Assembly: GCA_024137785.1 (NCBI GenBank)
Contig: JAHRHZ010000274.1
Coordinates: forward strand, 18,452,813 to 18,516,812
DNA length: 64,000 nucleotides
DNA from: Ginglymostoma cirratum
Taxonomy: Eukaryota
Reading direction: 5' to 3'
Below the pieces are notes generated by a model, which saw nothing but the letters and a program-made list of their open reading frames with translations, was not told the origin of the DNA and did no database searches. Positions 53,423 through 64,000 of the stretch are shown here, piece by piece. Made by a program: the position numbers and the translations under genes. Every line of letters starts with the position of its first letter. The stretch's first letter is position 1.

Positions 53423-54959
53423 TGTCCCCCTTCATATAATTAATGAAAGAATCTGTGTATCTCCTGCACAGCTCTAGAATGCTGTTAATGTTTATTTTTA
53501 TTTTATCTTTATAAAAGTACCTGTGCTTTTATTACAGAAACAAAATTCCACCTGGTCTCGCGCAAAACAGCACACTGTGACAAAGTCCTGAAGTTTAAAA
53601 GAAAACACAATGGATTAGTGTATTGATTCCTTTTTGATGGAGGGAGGGGTATGTGGTTCTGCGCATGTGGAGACTGACCAACTGACCACAGAGGCACAGA
53701 GGAAACTCTATACAGAAACTATCACTGCCCAAAGACCCACAGTTGCCAGGCAACCAGCAGGCTGCAGAGATGATTTTTAGATTGCAGTTGCCTCTGATCA
53801 ATTCTGCTACATGGGTGAAACTGACCAGCCAAATCTCCATTACTCCCTGTGGTATCGATCAAGTGCTTTTATAGGCATTCAATGTGGCCTAATAAGCTTC
53901 AAGTAAACAGGACCAAGGTTTTACTATTAGCCAAACAGTCAAACATCAACCCAGTGTATCTCTGCTAAACTGCAGTTAAGCTTGTTTTAAAAAGAACTAT
54001 CACATTTATTGATAGATTTGGTAACTGTAGATGTGATTGGGTGAAGAGCCCCACCCTAATGAGAATTCGGATTGCTTGCACTCCACAGGCATTGGCTATT
54101 TGTCAATAAGAGCCCTATTTTCTCCTATTGCATGCTAGCTGCACTCTTGGGGGCTGCAGGTTCCATATGGTTTCATGCACTCCTTTGCCTTTCACTTAAG
54201 TTTAACCCTTTCATGTGCATAGAACTGCATTTATCCTACCTGTTGTTCTGACTGCAAGCTGAGTGACTGCAATAAACATGTTAATTTCATGGGCATTGAT
54301 AATTAAGGATAATGAAAGTGATATTTCAGAATAGTAAAAATAGACGACAGGAATTAAATAGGATATGTCCTCTCAGCGATAAGAACACTCCTACAACTGA
54401 CTGGATAACTCATAAATGGAAGCAATGTCTGTTATGATTTGTATTAACAGCTGAAGGTAAAATTTAATTGTGGTGTGTGTTTCATGCCTGTCTATATTGC
54501 TTTGTTTCAGATAAGAAAATCAGAGAATGCTGCTAGATATATACCCTTCTCACTACCAGTGAGTAACATTGGAAGAAATCTATTTTGCTTAAACTGGTAT
54601 TTGTCTGCATGGATCCCATAAGCTGATTATACTACACATGTGAACAACCCTATTACTGCAGAACTGTTAAAAAGATGAGCAACACCATTAAAAAAAATCT
54701 GTAGCTTGGCGCACTGAATTTCCTGTTTACATCTAAGTGTGGAATTCTCCCATTTGCAGTTAAAGTACTTGTTCAAGTGAGGTTCATGGTGCCTGATCTA
54801 ACATGCTCAGAGCAACTTTTGTTATGCAATCTTCCCTCTTCACGTCAGTCATTCTGTAACTGGGCTCCTGCCGCCATATTTAAAGCACAGTTGCACAGCA
54901 CTTTGGATGCTACAAGCCATGAGCTGCCTCTCACACTGCTGCTCGATAGTTATAGCCCA

Positions 54960-55560
54960 GAGAAAAGGAAATCTCAGACCCCAAGATACTGGTGAATGGG
55001 ATGGTGGAACAGTCTGCCATCTTTTTTCAGCTGTCTGCCACAGGAGGCCAAGCCACTAGACTTTGCAAGTTTAGACATAAATTGCAACGTAGGTCAGTGC
55101 TATGTCCTCATTGAAATGGGATGCCCAGACATGTAGAAAGAAGCTCAGTGATCTTCTGGCCTCATCAGGGTAAGTGCCACCATCCTGTCTCTGCTACCTA
55201 GCAGTCAATGGGCCACCACTCATTTTAACTTTGCGATTGTATACTCCCTCTCATGATGGATAAAATTGTAGTAGTACATGAATTCATGTCCACTCAATGG
55301 CTCTCATTTACCCCATCCTCCCAACTACTAACCCTTTCCTGCCCACTGTGCTTTCTGCTCACTCTCTGTTGACTCCACACACCCTTCCTGGTAATGTACC
55401 ACCATTAACCACACCTTCATCCAGTTCCATTAGATTCAATCCCTTCCTTACCTCATTGCAGATACAATTGTTGCACAACTCGACCAGGAGAATCAGACCT
55501 GGCAGCAGTCATTAGGCTCCTCACTCTGCATGAGGGGAAGATTTTTGACTTCACTAGACA
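54960..55560 (+). mobile_element. Harbinger accessory Myb/SANT-like gene relic (spliced)
   Basis: ILVNGMVEQ...IAT*VSAMSS..WDAQTCRKKLSDLL then donor AGG|GTAAGT (~55170); candidate acceptor cctcattgcag| at ~55461. Confidence 0.55.
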
Positions 55561-57894
55561 AGAGCATGATGGTTCACATGGGATAAAGAGATCTGAATGG
55601 TCAACCAGCTCAATAGGATTCATTGTGCTGTGCTCAGCTGCTCTCCCTTTAAACTAGTACAAACAGATTCTTAATCAGAACAGATCTTATCCTTCTTAGA
55701 CAACTAATTTTCTCTCTTCTCTTATGCAGAAACAAGTTGTAACCAGCTAACACCCTCTAAGAGGCCAGTGATGGAAAATCTCTACCTATGAGGCACCCAC
55801 ATAGGAGGAACCAGCAAGCCTTTCACCTGTACACCCCCACCAGCTCCGACATGGTCATCTTGGTTGGTATTCTCTCTAGATTAGATTCAGGAGCACAATC
55901 TGGTTAACAGCATTACTGACACGTCTTTGCAGATGGTCAAGGAAGAAATGCCTCAGGTCTCTGGCACTCAGAGGGTTGCTGGAGTTCAGGCACCTGCTCA
56001 GCCCCAGGCAGAAGAGAACCCCATGGTGTTAGTTGTCAATGAATTTGTGAAAATTCACAGACAGGCACAGGAACAGTAGGTATATTTGTCAGATGCACTT
56101 GGTGAATTGGGTTGAAGGATGGAGTAGTTCACCAATGCTATCAGTAAAAGGCTGGTTCTGGCATATGCGTGCCTCCATTGACGACTGCCAAGAGAACCAG
56201 GTTCAGCACTCTCAGTATCTGCCAGATCAATGCATGGATATGCACTGCACTACTCTGGACATGGGTGCATCATTGGCAAGGCAAAAGAGGATAAAGGACC
56301 TTCATCTCACTCTAGATGCCCCTTCCAATCAGAGAGACAGGTTTTGCCAAAAAACATCCATGTGGAGGATGAGCCACTTGATGCCCCAGACGTTTCTTCT
56401 CAGGATAATCCAGAGATGCTCAGTTCCTCCACCTCGCACTGCCTGTAACTGCAAAGCCTGCAGATGGTCAAGCCACAGAGGGTGAGCTGGTAATTTGTGT
56501 AGGAGCCCCTCAGTGGGCCATGGTCAACTACGCACAAATGCACCAGGGGATGACTGCCCAAGTCCTCCAGGAAAATAGGGCCAAACACAAATCACAATAC
56601 CCTCCATTGCAATGCTGAAGCTGGGACTACTCTTGGATGTAATGGAAGACAGAGAAAGAAACAAATGTATTGAGGGCATTTAGGTGGTATGGGCGAAACA
56701 TCATTGTAAATAACCTTTCACTTTTGTAAATATGTCTTCATATTTCACTATTAAAATGTCAGTTGTACAGTAATTTTCACTGTCAGACTTGGTTAATTTC
56801 ATCCTTGAGCCACCTTTTCAGACATCCCTAGGATTCAAGAAGTTGTAATAGCTAAATGTTACTTATCTCTATCATGTAACCAACTCCTTGACTGCAGATA
56901 GCATTGAATGTCAGGCATCCTTGAACCAAAATGTTGAAGACTGTAGCCAAGGTGCTGCACCTTATTATGGAAAACACTGAGGTTAAATGCAAGGTGCAGT
57001 GATTGTGCTTAGGTCCCAGCAGATTACATCATTCCACAAATACACCCATCTTGGGAATGAGAGTGAGGAATCAGAATGACTACATACATCTTTGGAGAGA
57101 AAGCCTGATTTGATCTATCAACTTCTCAAGGCAGTGCATCCCTTCTGCCTTTTAAGGCTGAGAGGTGTATAACAGGCTGTTCAAATGTTCACTCTTCTTC
57201 ACAATGCATTGTTCTGTTGCGAATAGCTGCACAAGTGCTGCCTCTCACAGCGTCAATGCTGTCCTAGGGGATTCTCAAGTGTTTCAGGGCAACTTAGCAG
57301 TCTGTATGCAATCAGAAATGCTGAAGGCTGACCAATGATGGAAGGTTCAATAGGAGTTTCCTCAGGATTCCTCTCAACTTCCTGACTGTCACCAGTGACT
57401 TCACTGCACAATATTTGGCTATGATAAGCTGATTGAAACCTCAAGCTACCTAATCATAGTGTGATATTAGTTCACTATCCGACTGACTGCTGCTTTCCCC
57501 CCAGTGATCAGTAGGGAATGCAAAGTGCAAATAATTGAAAGTAGGATCACCTCAAAATATTGAGTGTACAATAAGATAGATAACGAGACATTTATTCAGC
57601 AACAAAAAAGTCAAGGACTGCAAAAATAACCAGGTCCACAAGACGTTTACATTAAGTGACAACTGCTTGCTGGATTACTAATGGAATGTTAAAAAAATTA
57701 ACTGGAGTACAACCAAAGTTCATTCATCCTGCAAGCAGATTTCAATGGGATTATTTCTTGGGCTTAATGGTTCATTGCTTGGTAATGCTGTCATGAACTA
57801 TTTTTCTGCTTAATGTCCTGATCTTCATCTTTCTTCTCAGAAGAGTGTTGTCAAACCCACATTTTAGCTACATTTGGAACACTCTCTTTTATTG

Positions 57895-58125
57895 GCTCCA
57901 GTTGTGAAGAGCACAGGGTGCCATGATGATGGAGTACGCTATGTCTGTGCTGTTCAGCAGAGTCCTGCCAGCATAGTCCAGGAATCAAATCTCGTCTGAA
58001 GGAGGTCTATAGCCTGTTCCACTAGGGCCCTGATGGAAGCATAAGCAGCATTGTATCATCATTCTGTGTCAGTCTGAGGGATTCGTTGAGATTTCATGAG
58101 CCATCCCTATTTGGCCCAAGGGCCT
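57895..58125 (-). mobile_element. PIF/Harbinger transposase C-terminal relic
   Basis: Minus strand reads WLMK..PQTDTE..YNAAYASIRALVEQAIDLLQTRF..LDYAG..IIMAPCALHN. Confidence 0.8.
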
Positions 58126-58769
58126 TGGAAGGAAGCAGGAAACTCTGAGTTTGCTACTATCTATGTGCCACAACAACATCCAGGATATCTAATGCTGACC
58201 TCCAGAATTTGGCATGGGTGGTCACATATAAGTGAAAGTCTTTTTTTAATTGTTTTGCAAAATGTAATTAAAGAGGTGAAAATTGTATTGTAATTAAAAG
58301 TTCAACTATTTAAGTTGGAGTGTCTGAAAACATTTGAATGTTTAATTTTCACTGCTGAATTAAGCAGTAGATCTGGTTCTGCTCAAACCCCAAAGACCAA
58401 AGCAAACCAAAGAATCAACTTGGAAACAAACTATTTCAAAGATGTTAGTTGTTGAGGTCTGTTCAATCCATATTTTTAAAGTTTTTTCTCATAAGCAACA
58501 TCACAGAGAGATAATCTTGTAACCATAAGCTTGAGGAGATGCAATGGTATTGCTGCTGTCATTCATAAGAAACCTGTATTGATTGGAGTGATCATGAAAG
58601 AAGCGCAACAGCACAATGCCAGTGTCAAACTGTGATGTGTTGCCACTTTCAGCTCTGCACTTGCGATGAACTTTCACATCAATTCAGAGTACAGATTTAG
58701 CCATATCAAAAATGTGATCATTTTAAAGGCTGTCTCATATCGACTAAATTGGGTAAAGATTTTTAAAAA

Positions 58770-60660
58770 TACTTTCACAGGATGTGGGTGTCACTGGCTT
58801 GGCCAGTGTCCCTAATTCTCTTTGGGAAGATGTAGGTGAGCCCCCTTCTGAAATGGCTGCAGCACCTTCTGGTGTAGATACAATGACAGTGCTGTTAGGA
58901 AGAGAGTACCAGCATTTTGACCCAGGCGACAATGTAGAAGAAGCAATATATTTTCAAGGTCAGGATGGAGGGTGACTTACAGGTGGTAGTTGAGATGTAT
59001 CTGCTTCTCGTGTTCTTCTAAGTGGTAGATGTTAAGGGCTGGATGGACTCTTAATAAGTTGCAGTAGTGTTTCTGTCTCACTGTACCTCAGCGGTGGAGG
59101 TAGTGGATGTTGAAGGTGGTGGATGGGGTGCTATTTGAGTGGGCTTCTTTGTTCTGGATCTGGGATCCTCAGCTTCTTGAGTATCATTGGAACTGCATTC
59201 ATCCAGGCAAGCGGAGAATGTTCTATCAAACTCTTGACTTGTGCCTTGTGCTTCAGGAGATGAAGTACTCAACACTGTGTTTCCCAAACCCCAACATAGT
59301 CCTTTAGCAAAATATTTACATGGCTGGTACTGTTAAGTTTCTGGTCACTAGTAACCCTTCAGGATGTTGAGAGTGGGGGATTCACTGAGGGCATTACCAT
59401 TGAATGTTAAAAGGGGAGATAGTTAGATTATCTCTTTTTGGAAATAAATTGCCTGGTACATGCGTGGTGTGAATTTTTCTTTCCACTAACAGCACAAGCC
59501 TGAAACTTATCCAGAAGTTGTTGCATACAGGCATGGAACATTCCAGTATCTGAAGTGTTATTGAATGGTGCTGAATATTGTGCACTCTTGAGTGGATATC
59601 CCCATTTCTCACCGTATGATGGAGGGAATGTCATTGCTAATACACCTGGACAGGCCTAGGACATTTGCCCAAGGAACTCCTGCAGAAATGCCTGAGTCTG
59701 AGGTGATTGACCTCCAACAACTATAGGCATTCTCCTTTGTACCAGGTACAAAACAGTAGAGAGTATCTCCCTCATTTCCATTACCTCCAGTTTTGCATGG
59801 GTTCCTTGATGCCATACTTGGTCAAGTATTTTCTTGATATCAATGGGAAACACTCGCAACTCACCTCTGGAATTCAGCTCTTTTGTTAATATTTGGACTA
59901 AGGCTATCATGATGTCTAACGCTGATTGGGTCTAGCTGGCAAACTGAGTGTCATTCAGCAAGTTATTGCTGTATTGATAGCACTGTTAAAGATACCTTCC
60001 ATCACTTTGCTGATGATGGGGCAGCAATTGGACAAGTTGGACTTGTCCTCCTTTTTGGGTAAAGATGTGCCTGGGACAATTTTCTACATTGTTGGGTCGA
60101 TGCCAGGGTCAAAACTCTTCTGGAACAACTTGGCTAGATTATACCTAGATCTGGAGCATGAGTCTTGGGAGCTACTGCTGGAATGCTGTGAGGCCCCTTT
60201 GCAATATCCAGTGCATTGACTGTTTCTTGCTTTCCAGCACTGAATTGGTTGTAGATCAGCTTCTGCATTCTTGGTGAGCTGTGGGGATGATAGAAAAAGG
60301 CGAGGTAGATCACTCAATCTACTGAAGGTGTTTGCAAGTTCTTTAGTCTTTTTTCTGATACTGATGGGCCTGACTTCCTGTCATTTGTAGAGCCTGCCCT
60401 TCTGGTTAGTTCTTCTATTGTTCACATGCCAGCTATGACTGGATGTCATAGGTTTGCAGAGCTTTGATCTGATACATTGGTTGTATGATTGCTAAACCCT
60501 GTCTATTGCCTTCTGCTCCTGCTATTTAGTGTGGAAGTAGTCCTGCATTGTAGCTTCATCAACTTGACAGCTCATTTTTGGGTATACCTGTTACTACTCC
60601 TAGCATGCACACTTGCAGACTTCATTGAACTTAGGCTGATCCTTGGGCTTGCTGGTAATG
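58770..60660 (-). mobile_element. Decayed non-LTR retrotransposon (CR1/L2-group-like)
   Basis: RT fragments DIKKILDQVWHQG, ISAGVP..VLG, LAKLFQKSFDPGI. Confidence 0.75.
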
Positions 60661-61239
60661 TCTCTTCACTTTGGTAGCAAGTCTCTTTCCATAAAAGTCA
60701 TTAGCAAACCAGTTATCTTTTTAACCACAATCTGACAGTCCCAGCTACCTCCTTATTTCTAGATTCTGAAACAAATTTCCAATATTCCAACTGTCATGGA
60801 TCCCCTCTGGATTCAGGGCCTTCATTTTCTGAAGGTTCAGTCACATAACCATTATACTGCTGTGTCCAAGTTAAAGGAGGTTGACACATAAGAATAGAAT
60901 CTCATGCTGTATGTCTTCAATTCACTTTGCCAGGCTCTTTTGAGGCAGATCCCAGTAATTCAGCATATAACTTGGCTGTTTCCCAGCTTGTGACAAACTC
61001 AGCATCTCAACAAACTCACACGCTGTTGGTTCAGAAGCATGTGTCCCTGGATTGTGAATTGAGTTCCAGGTTTGTTTCTTGTTTCAACCAAATTTGTGTA
61101 CCGATAATAAGGTTTTCCACTTCTCACCTGGTCAGATGAAGACAGTTGAGGACAGAAATTCATTTTAGTTTGAAGCACAAGACAGACAGCATCAAATCAT
61201 CAGCTCACTTTATATTCTGCCAATTTTCTTTTCCATTGG

Positions 61240-62745
61240 AGTAAAAACCGGAAGAACTGTGGATGCTGTAAATCAGGAACAAAAACAGAAGTTGCTGGAA
61301 AAGCTCAGCAGGTCTGGCGGCATCTGTGGAAAAGAAAATCAGAGTTAACATTTCAGGTCTGGTGACCCTGGAAAAGTTTATCGATTTTGCTTCCAATTTC
61401 CACCCTGCCCTCACTTTCACCTGGTCTATCTCTGACTCCACCCTTCCCTTCGTCAACATCTCTGTTTCCATTTCTGGGGATAGACTGGCCATTAATATCC
61501 ATTACAAACCCACTGATTCCCACAGCTACCTTGGGCTATACATCCTCGACCCTGATTCCTGTAAAGACTCCATCCCATTCTGTCAGTTCCTCTGTCTCCG
61601 TCGTATATGTTCAGATGAGGCCAACTTCGACAAGGGAGCCTCCGAAATGTCCACCTTTTTCCTCAACCGAGGATTCCCCAGCACCGTTGTTGACAGGGCC
61701 CTCAACTGGGCCTGACCCTTCTCCCGCACTTCCACCCTCACCCCCTGTCTTCCCTCCTGCAACAGCAATAGGGTTTTCCTTGTCCTTATCTACCATCCCA
61801 CCAGCATCCACGTCCAGAAGATCATCAGATGCCATTTCCCCCACCTCCAGCGAGGTACCACGACTAGACACATATTCCCCTCCCCTCCCTTGTCCGCCTT
61901 CCGCAGGGACCGTTCCCTCCGGGACACGCTGGTCCACACTTCCTTCACCCCCAACAACAACCACGGCCCTACATCACCTTCCCCTGTAACCGGTGAAGGT
62001 ACAACACCTGCCCTTTTACCCCCTCCCTCCCCAGTACCCAAGGGCCAAACATACCTTCCAGGTGAAGCAACACTTCACCTGCACTTCCCAGAATCTAGTC
62101 TACTGCATTCGCTGCTCACAGTGTGGTCTTCTCTATGTTGGGGAAACAAAGCGTAGACTTGGTGACCGCTTCGCAGAACATCTACGTTCTGCTCGCAAAA
62201 AAGACCCTGAGCTGCCTGTTGCCTACTACTTCAACACAGCACCCTGTTCCCTGGCCTACATCTCTGTCTCTGGCTTGCTGTAGTGTTCTAGTGAAGCTCA
62301 ACTCAAGCTAAAGGAACAACATCTCATTTTCCGCTTGGGGATCCTGCAGCCCTCCAGACTCAGTATCAAGTTCAATAATTTTAGGGCCTAAACTTTCCCA
62401 TGTCCTAGCCCCCTAACCCAAAGACCAGGCCTAGTTATCATGTCGCCTGCCATTACACACCACCTATTGTTAGTCACTAACAATCCCCATTAACAACTAT
62501 TCACCCTCCTAGCCAGATCGTTGTCAACTCCTTTGTCTATCCAACTGCTCTTCTGTCTTTTTAGGCTGTATCCTATTGTTTACTCCCTGCCCCACTACCG
62601 TGACTATTTCCTGCATATAAACTGATGTTTTTCCAGCTACCATCAGTTCTGAGGAAGGGTCACCGGACCTGAGATGTTAACTTTGATTTTTTTCTTCCCA
62701 GATCTTGCCAGACCTGCTGAGCTTTTCCAGCAACTTCTGTTTTTG
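61240..62745 (+). mobile_element. 5'-truncated Penelope-like element (RT C-terminus plus GIY-YIG endonuclease) with inverted terminal repeat
   Basis: NFHPALTFT..LPF..HYKPTDSHSYL..SIPFCQFLCLRRICS..FLNRGFP; FTCTSQNLVYCIRCSQCGLLYVGETKRRLGDRFAEH. ~61276-61369 is the reverse complement of ~62656-62748. 14-bp direct repeat ttcttttccattgg (61226-61239 / 62746-62759). Stops and frameshifts present. Confidence 0.92.
62642..62687 (+). ncRNA. Type I minimal hammerhead ribozyme motif in the Penelope 3' terminal repeat (mutated copy)
   Basis: Stem I AUC-AGUU / AACU-uu-GAU; CUGAGGA-A; stem II GGGUC(ACCG)GACCU; GAgA-UGUU. GAAA is intact in the inverted copy at ~61352-61355. Confidence 0.65.
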
Positions 62746-63889
62746 TTCTTTTCCATTGGCTTCAATTGAGTAATTTGTCAATGATAGCCATCTGTCATTG
62801 AGAGTAGCAAATGCTGATATAGACTGCTGTCCAGGAAATGTGGCCACAACTACTTAGTATTTAATGGTGCTCAAAACTTGCATATGGTTCTGGTTTTGTC
62901 CCTTCCACTACATAATATACACGTAAGGAGTCTGTGCTTAATGTCACCGTGTTTAGCATTGTTTCTCTTCAATTTCATTTAGTTACTGGGATGGAAATTC
63001 CTTTGAGTGTTATGAAATTCATTCTAACATTGTGTACTGCAGCAACTTCTCTGATTTGACTTGTACATTTAGAAGGTACCTCCCTTCCTCTTAGACATGA
63101 GGCCACTCCCAGACTTGCAGTGTCTTCTGATACTGCAGCATTGCCTAAGATCTGCAGCAAGACCCCACTTCACCTCTAGCCCCAAATCCTGCTGGAGCTG
63201 CCATCCATCACTCCCGCCATGATGTAACCTTTGTCTTCAGGCATCCTCCAAGAGGCTGTATAGGCCACCACTACTTCTAGGACCTACCTGGGACACAAGG
63301 GAGCTGCTGTGACTGAGCTCAGCAGCTCCCCGCTCATCCATCAGGTGTCAACCACAATAGCAGGGCCCCTTGTAACCATAGTCAGTGGATCAGTGCGGGA
63401 GATCTGCTAAACTCCTTCCAAAACAGAGCAGCCATATTCTTCGGCTGGTAGCTCAAACAAAGCCCAACAATCCTCTGTATTACTCCAACAGCTGCACACC
63501 ATATTCTGCTGCAGGAACCCCACAGCCCAACACTGCAAGCAGTTAGAAGCCCAATGAGCAAATGCAGGCCAACAAAAACCCCAGCAAGTAGCCCCTTCCC
63601 CAGTTCCACTGTTGGATTGTCCACAGTGGGAGGTACTTTAAGTAAAATATTAGTTATTTTCATTTTAACCTTAATTTATTTAGCAGTAATTTCAATTTAG
63701 GAACTTCGTCATTTGAAGTATGCATATCAACTTAGAAGGGGCAAGTGTAATATTTTAATCTTTTTTCTGCTATGAGCCCTATGGAACTTAACCCCAGTTT
63801 TGACATTGATTCAATGCTTTAACACTGGGATCAATACTTCACTTAAAGTCTTTTCACTTGAAGTTGTGATTTTCAGGATTGTAATGCCA

Positions 63890-64000
63890 ACTTAATTGAG
63901 GATACCCTACGGAGCAAAAAGCTGGCAAATGGGACTAGATTAATGTAGAATATCTGGTCAGCATGGTTGAGTTGGACTGAAGGGTCTGTTTCTGTGTTGT
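63890..64000 (+). mobile_element. CR1-type 3' tail
   Basis: ggcaaatgggactagatt...ggtcagcatggttgagttggactgaagggtctgtttc matches ~38745-38820. Confidence 0.75.

Noticed and set aside
61387-61989. 200-aa Pro/Ser-rich ORF
   Set aside because: Alternative frame of the C-rich Penelope coding strand.
168-63663. The many 60-170 aa ORFs in the supplied track
   Set aside because: No recognisable domains apart from transposon fragments; expected by chance when alternative start codons are allowed.

Overview
Vertebrate non-mammalian genomic DNA, most likely a shark or other elasmobranch, judged from its HE1/V-SINE-like, Deu-domain SINE, CR1, Rex1 and Penelope repeat complement. The only host gene I can support is coding exon 1 of a ONECUT-family transcription factor, best matching ONECUT3 (minus strand, 14698-13663, poly-His plus CUT domain, phase-1 donor). 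Its homeodomain exon was not found, so it probably lies left of the window. The gene sits in a ~24 kb CpG-retaining, repeat-poor domain (~3.3-27.4 kb). The rest is CpG-depleted and full of decayed transposons: four PIF/Harbinger transposase relics, a nested Harbinger/CR1/Rex1/CR1 stack, a Tx1/L1 3' end and SINEs. The most striking signal is a dispersed set of about 10 short Penelope-derived inserts, plus one ORF-bearing parent with an inverted terminal repeat. They carry a minimal hammerhead-ribozyme core (CUGAnGA-A-stemII-GAAA-CG-UH) with covarying stem II, are often flanked by 7-15 bp target-site duplications, and often begin almost exactly at the ribozyme core. A chain of TGATG stop-start uORFs in the ONECUT leader is a second candidate. 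All calls are by eye; no searches or folding were run.
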